NCBI GenBank assembly: GCA_963675595.2
Contig: CAXXLZ010000002.1
Location: 1,472,001 to 1,536,000 of the forward strand
DNA length: 64,000 nt
Direction of reading: 5' to 3'
DNA from: Thermodesulfobacteriota bacterium
GTDB taxonomy: Bacteria > Desulfobacterota > Desulfarculia > JACQYL01
Position numbers and translations under genes: made by a program. Positions 61,166 through 64,000 of the stretch are shown piece after piece (within the stretch, counting starts at the first letter, position 1; the number at the start of each line of letters is the position of its first letter). The notes under the pieces are model-generated. The model did no database searches. It saw only the letters and a list, made by a program, of their open reading frames with translations, and had not been told where the DNA came from.

Positions 61166-62722
61166 ATGAAATCGAATGTACATCCCGATCCTGCAATTCT
61201 CGTCATTTTCGGCGCTGCAGGGGACCTCGCGCAACGTTATCTCGTACCTGCGCTCCACAGTCTATTTATCGAAGGATTGCTGCCCCGGCAGTTCGAAGTC
61301 CTTGGAATCGGACACGGAGACATGAGCGAAGAGGATTTCCGAGAACATCTGCGTCACGGCGTGGAACGATTCTCCAGGCGCGGCAAGACCGATTCGGAAA
61401 CATGGGACGACTTTGCCGCTCACTTGAACTTCATGAGCGCCGATCTGGACAAAAAGAAAGCCTATACCGACCTGGCCAGAAAACTCTCTTCGCAGGACAA
61501 GTCGTGGAGAACCCAAGGAAACAGAATTTTTTACCTCGCGCTGCCGCCCCGGATGATCGAACCGGTAACTCAGCGACTCGCGGAAGCCGGCCTGAACCGG
61601 GACCGAGCGCGCAGTCGCATTGTGGTGGAAAAGCCTTTTGGACGCGATTTGGCCTCGGCGCGGGAATTGAATCGAATTCTCGCCGAGGTATTCGACGAAT
61701 CACAAATCTTCCGTATTGATCATTACCTGGGGAAGGAAACCGTCCAGAACATCCTCGCCTTCCGGTTCGGCAACACCCTGTTCGAGCCCGTATGGAACAG
61801 ACGCTACATCGATCATGTGCAGATCACCGTTGCGGAGCAGATCGGCGTGGAACACCGGGGCCACTATTACGAAAGCGCCGGAGCGCTTCGGGACATGATC
61901 CAGAGCCATTTGCTCCAGATTCTGTGTCTGGTGGCCATGGAAGCGCCGGTATCCTTGGGGGACGACGAGATTCGGAACAAGAAAGTGGATGTGCTCCATG
62001 CCGTTCGCCCCATTGCATCGGAGCAGATTCATCAGTTTGCGGTGAGCGGGCAATACGGTTCGGGCTGGATCGAAGGTGAGCAGGTACGCTCCTACCGAGA
62101 GGAGCCGAATGTGGATCCTCGCTCCTTCACCGAAACCTTTGCGGCGATTCGGCTCTTTGTCGACACTTGGCGGTGGCAGGGCGTGCCGTTCTACCTAAGG
62201 ACCGGCAAACGTCTGCCGGCCAGAGTCTCGGAAATATCCATTCAGTTCCGTACCGTTCCGCACCAGACGTTCCCACCCACCACGGTCCTGGACCTGCATC
62301 CCAACCGCCTGATCATTGCGATTCAACCGGAGGAAGGCATTCTCCTTCGGTTCGAAACCAAATATCCGGGAGCGACCATGCAGTTGTCCCCCGTGACCAT
62401 GAGGTTCTTTTATAACGAAGTCTTCAAAACGGCTTCGCCGGACGCTTACGAGACACTGCTTCTGGATGTGATGCTGGGGGATCGCACCCTGTTCATGCGG
62501 GGAGACGAAACCGAAGCGGCATGGTCGGTAATTATGCCCATTCTCGAAGTCTGGGAAAGGATGAAGATCACCGACTTTCCGAATTATCAGGCGGGCACGT
62601 GGGGACCGGAGGAAGCGGAGGTACTCATCGCCCAGGACGGGTTCAGTTGGGTCACGCCCACTTTGCTGCGCTGCGACGGCCATGCCGCCTGCGGGGTCAG
62701 CGCGGAACCGGAGACGCTTTAG
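61166..62722 (+). CDS. zwf: Glucose-6-phosphate 1-dehydrogenase
   Basis: IFGAAGDL, VEKPFG, RIDHYLGKETVQN, GVPFYLRTGK. ATG follows AAGGAG. Confidence 0.96.
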   Translation: MKSNVHPDPAILVIFGAAGDLAQRYLVPALHSLFIEGLLPRQFEVLGIGHGDMSEEDFREHLRHGVERFSRRGKTDSETWDDFAAHLNFMSADLDKKKAYTDLARKLSSQDKSWRTQGNRIFYLALPPRMIEPVTQRLAEAGLNRDRARSRIVVEKPFGRDLASARELNRILAEVFDESQIFRIDHYLGKETVQNILAFRFGNTLFEPVWNRRYIDHVQITVAEQIGVEHRGHYYESAGALRDMIQSHLLQILCLVAMEAPVSLGDDEIRNKKVDVLHAVRPIASEQIHQFAVSGQYGSGWIEGEQVRSYREEPNVDPRSFTETFAAIRLFVDTWRWQGVPFYLRTGKRLPARVSEISIQFRTVPHQTFPPTTVLDLHPNRLIIAIQPEEGILLRFETKYPGATMQLSPVTMRFFYNEVFKTASPDAYETLLLDVMLGDRTLFMRGDETEAAWSVIMPILEVWERMKITDFPNYQAGTWGPEEAEVLIAQDGFSWVTPTLLRCDGHAACGVSAEPETL

Positions 62723-62986
62723 CTCGATCCTGCAATGGAAACGACGAGATTCGGGAGGTCCGTACCGTGTCGAATGGACCCGGAAGGCCCCAAAATATAA
62801 TTTATTATCTATTTCCGGATAGTTATACATCTAAACGCCCTACATTTGTTTCCGTCCGCAAATACCCGTTCGACACTATTTTATCCTTTCAGCCGGCTCG
62901 TTATGATCGGAAATTGACATCGTGCCCTCGCCTTCGACCTAGTGTCGAACGGATCACGATTTGTTAAACGAACAGGAGGCGTAATC

Positions 62987-63544
62987 ATGAATAGAATCCG
63001 ATTTGGCTCGTTCGTTTGGGCTTTGGCCCTCATCCTACCTACACTTCTGTGCTCCATGGGCCATGCCGGCGATATGCGGGGCGCGGAGGCGACCGGCAAG
63101 GCCATTGCGGTCCTGCATCCCACGGAAGGGAACAAGGCGGCCGGTACGGTAACCTTTGTGTGCAAATCCGACGGGGTTCACGTGACGGCGGACATTCAAG
63201 GGTTGACGCCGGGCAAGCACGGCTTCCATGTTCATGAATACGGCGATTGCAGCGCCGCGGACGGCACCTCCGCCGGCGGGCATTTCAACCCGGAAGGCGA
63301 GCGCCACGGCGCTCCCACGGATAAAGAACGGCATATGGGCGACCTCGGCAACATCACGGCCGGCTCCGACGGCAAAGCTCATTTCGAGTGGACCGATCAG
63401 GTCATCTCCCTGAAAGGCCCTCACTCGATCATCGGCCGTGCGGTCATCGTGCACATGGGCGAAGACGACCTGAAATCCCAGCCCACGGGGAATGCGGGTC
63501 CTCGGGCGGCTTGCGGCGTGATCGGAATCGCCAAGAGCGAATAA
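62987..63544 (+). CDS. sodC: Periplasmic Cu/Zn superoxide dismutase
   Basis: Signal peptide; [34 protein letters not shown]. Confidence 0.94.
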   Translation: MNRIRFGSFVWALALILPTLLCSMGHAGDMRGAEATGKAIAVLHPTEGNKAAGTVTFVCKSDGVHVTADIQGLTPGKHGFHVHEYGDCSAADGTSAGGHFNPEGERHGAPTDKERHMGDLGNITAGSDGKAHFEWTDQVISLKGPHSIIGRAVIVHMGEDDLKSQPTGNAGPRAACGVIGIAKSE

Positions 63545-63673
63545 CTCGACGGTCTTTGGAACCGCAGGCATGCTTTCACCCTATCCAGATAATACGCGTT
63601 TTGTTATTGTCGATCCGGTAAACAGGTCGAACCTGTACCATTAACTTATTCGAGGAGACGGAGGAGGATAACC

Positions 63674-64000
63674 ATGGAAGATGTGAAACGCATTCTCGTT
63701 GTGGCCAAATCGACCAAACATTGCCGGAAGGCCGTGAGCTGCGGCATCACGCTGGCCAAATGCCATGGAGCCGAACTGTTTGTCCTGCATGCCGTTCACA
63801 ATCCGTTCAACCTGAAAGGATGGAATCTGCCCCTCGTATCCCTGCCCTCCCTGGAGGAAGAATACGCGAAGATACTGAAGGACGCCAAGGCGGATATCGA
63901 CGGTTTGATTGCGGATGAAAAGGCAAAGGGGCTGAGCATCAAGGAGTTGATCGTCGAGGGAGAGCCCACGAAAGAGATACTGAGCACCATCGAGCGGGAA
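63674..64000 (+). CDS. Universal stress protein (partial, runs off the window)
   Basis: Manual translation MEDVKRILVV...LAKCHGAELFVLHAV...IVEGEPTKEILSTIERE; strong SD GGAGGAGG. Confidence 0.88.
   Translation, partial: MEDVKRILVVAKSTKHCRKAVSCGITLAKCHGAELFVLHAVHNPFNLKGWNLPLVSLPSLEEEYAKILKDAKADIDGLIADEKAKGLSIKELIVEGEPTKEILSTIERE

Noticed and set aside
62794-62810. ATATAATTTATTATCT upstream of sodC as a Fur/PerR box
   Set aside because: Half-site spacing does not fit the 7-1-7 consensus; may simply be AT-rich promoter DNA.

Overview
64-kb bacterial window. Gene content and repeats suggest a Desulfobacterota (delta-proteobacterial) genome; this is inference. It has two halves. (1) 1-26 kb is a dense signalling cluster: five large PAS/GAF/PocR histidine kinases, REC-HDOD and REC-degenerate HD-GYP genes, and a Cys-rich ECF sigma factor with a TIGR04076-like partner. 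The cluster is decaying: one kinase is split by an IS1634-family element (16-bp IRs, 5-bp TSD), two carry deletion frameshifts, and a REC relic remains. (2) 26-64 kb is an O2-respiration/defence region: UPF0182, a small Hsp20-like gene, and a prenyl-quinone-like cluster (UbiE/MenG-like methyltransferase, second methyltransferase, frameshifted UbiB, UbiA, radical SAM/SPASM). These are followed by cydAB, a complete complex I operon with a NuoBCD fusion, GH15, gnd, tal-pgi, zwf, sodC and a USP. Two families of structured intergenic repeats with covarying stems are scattered through 31-54 kb. The best candidate for an undescribed system is the ubiE/MTase/ubiB/ubiA/radical-SAM cluster sitting next to the bd oxidase and complex I.
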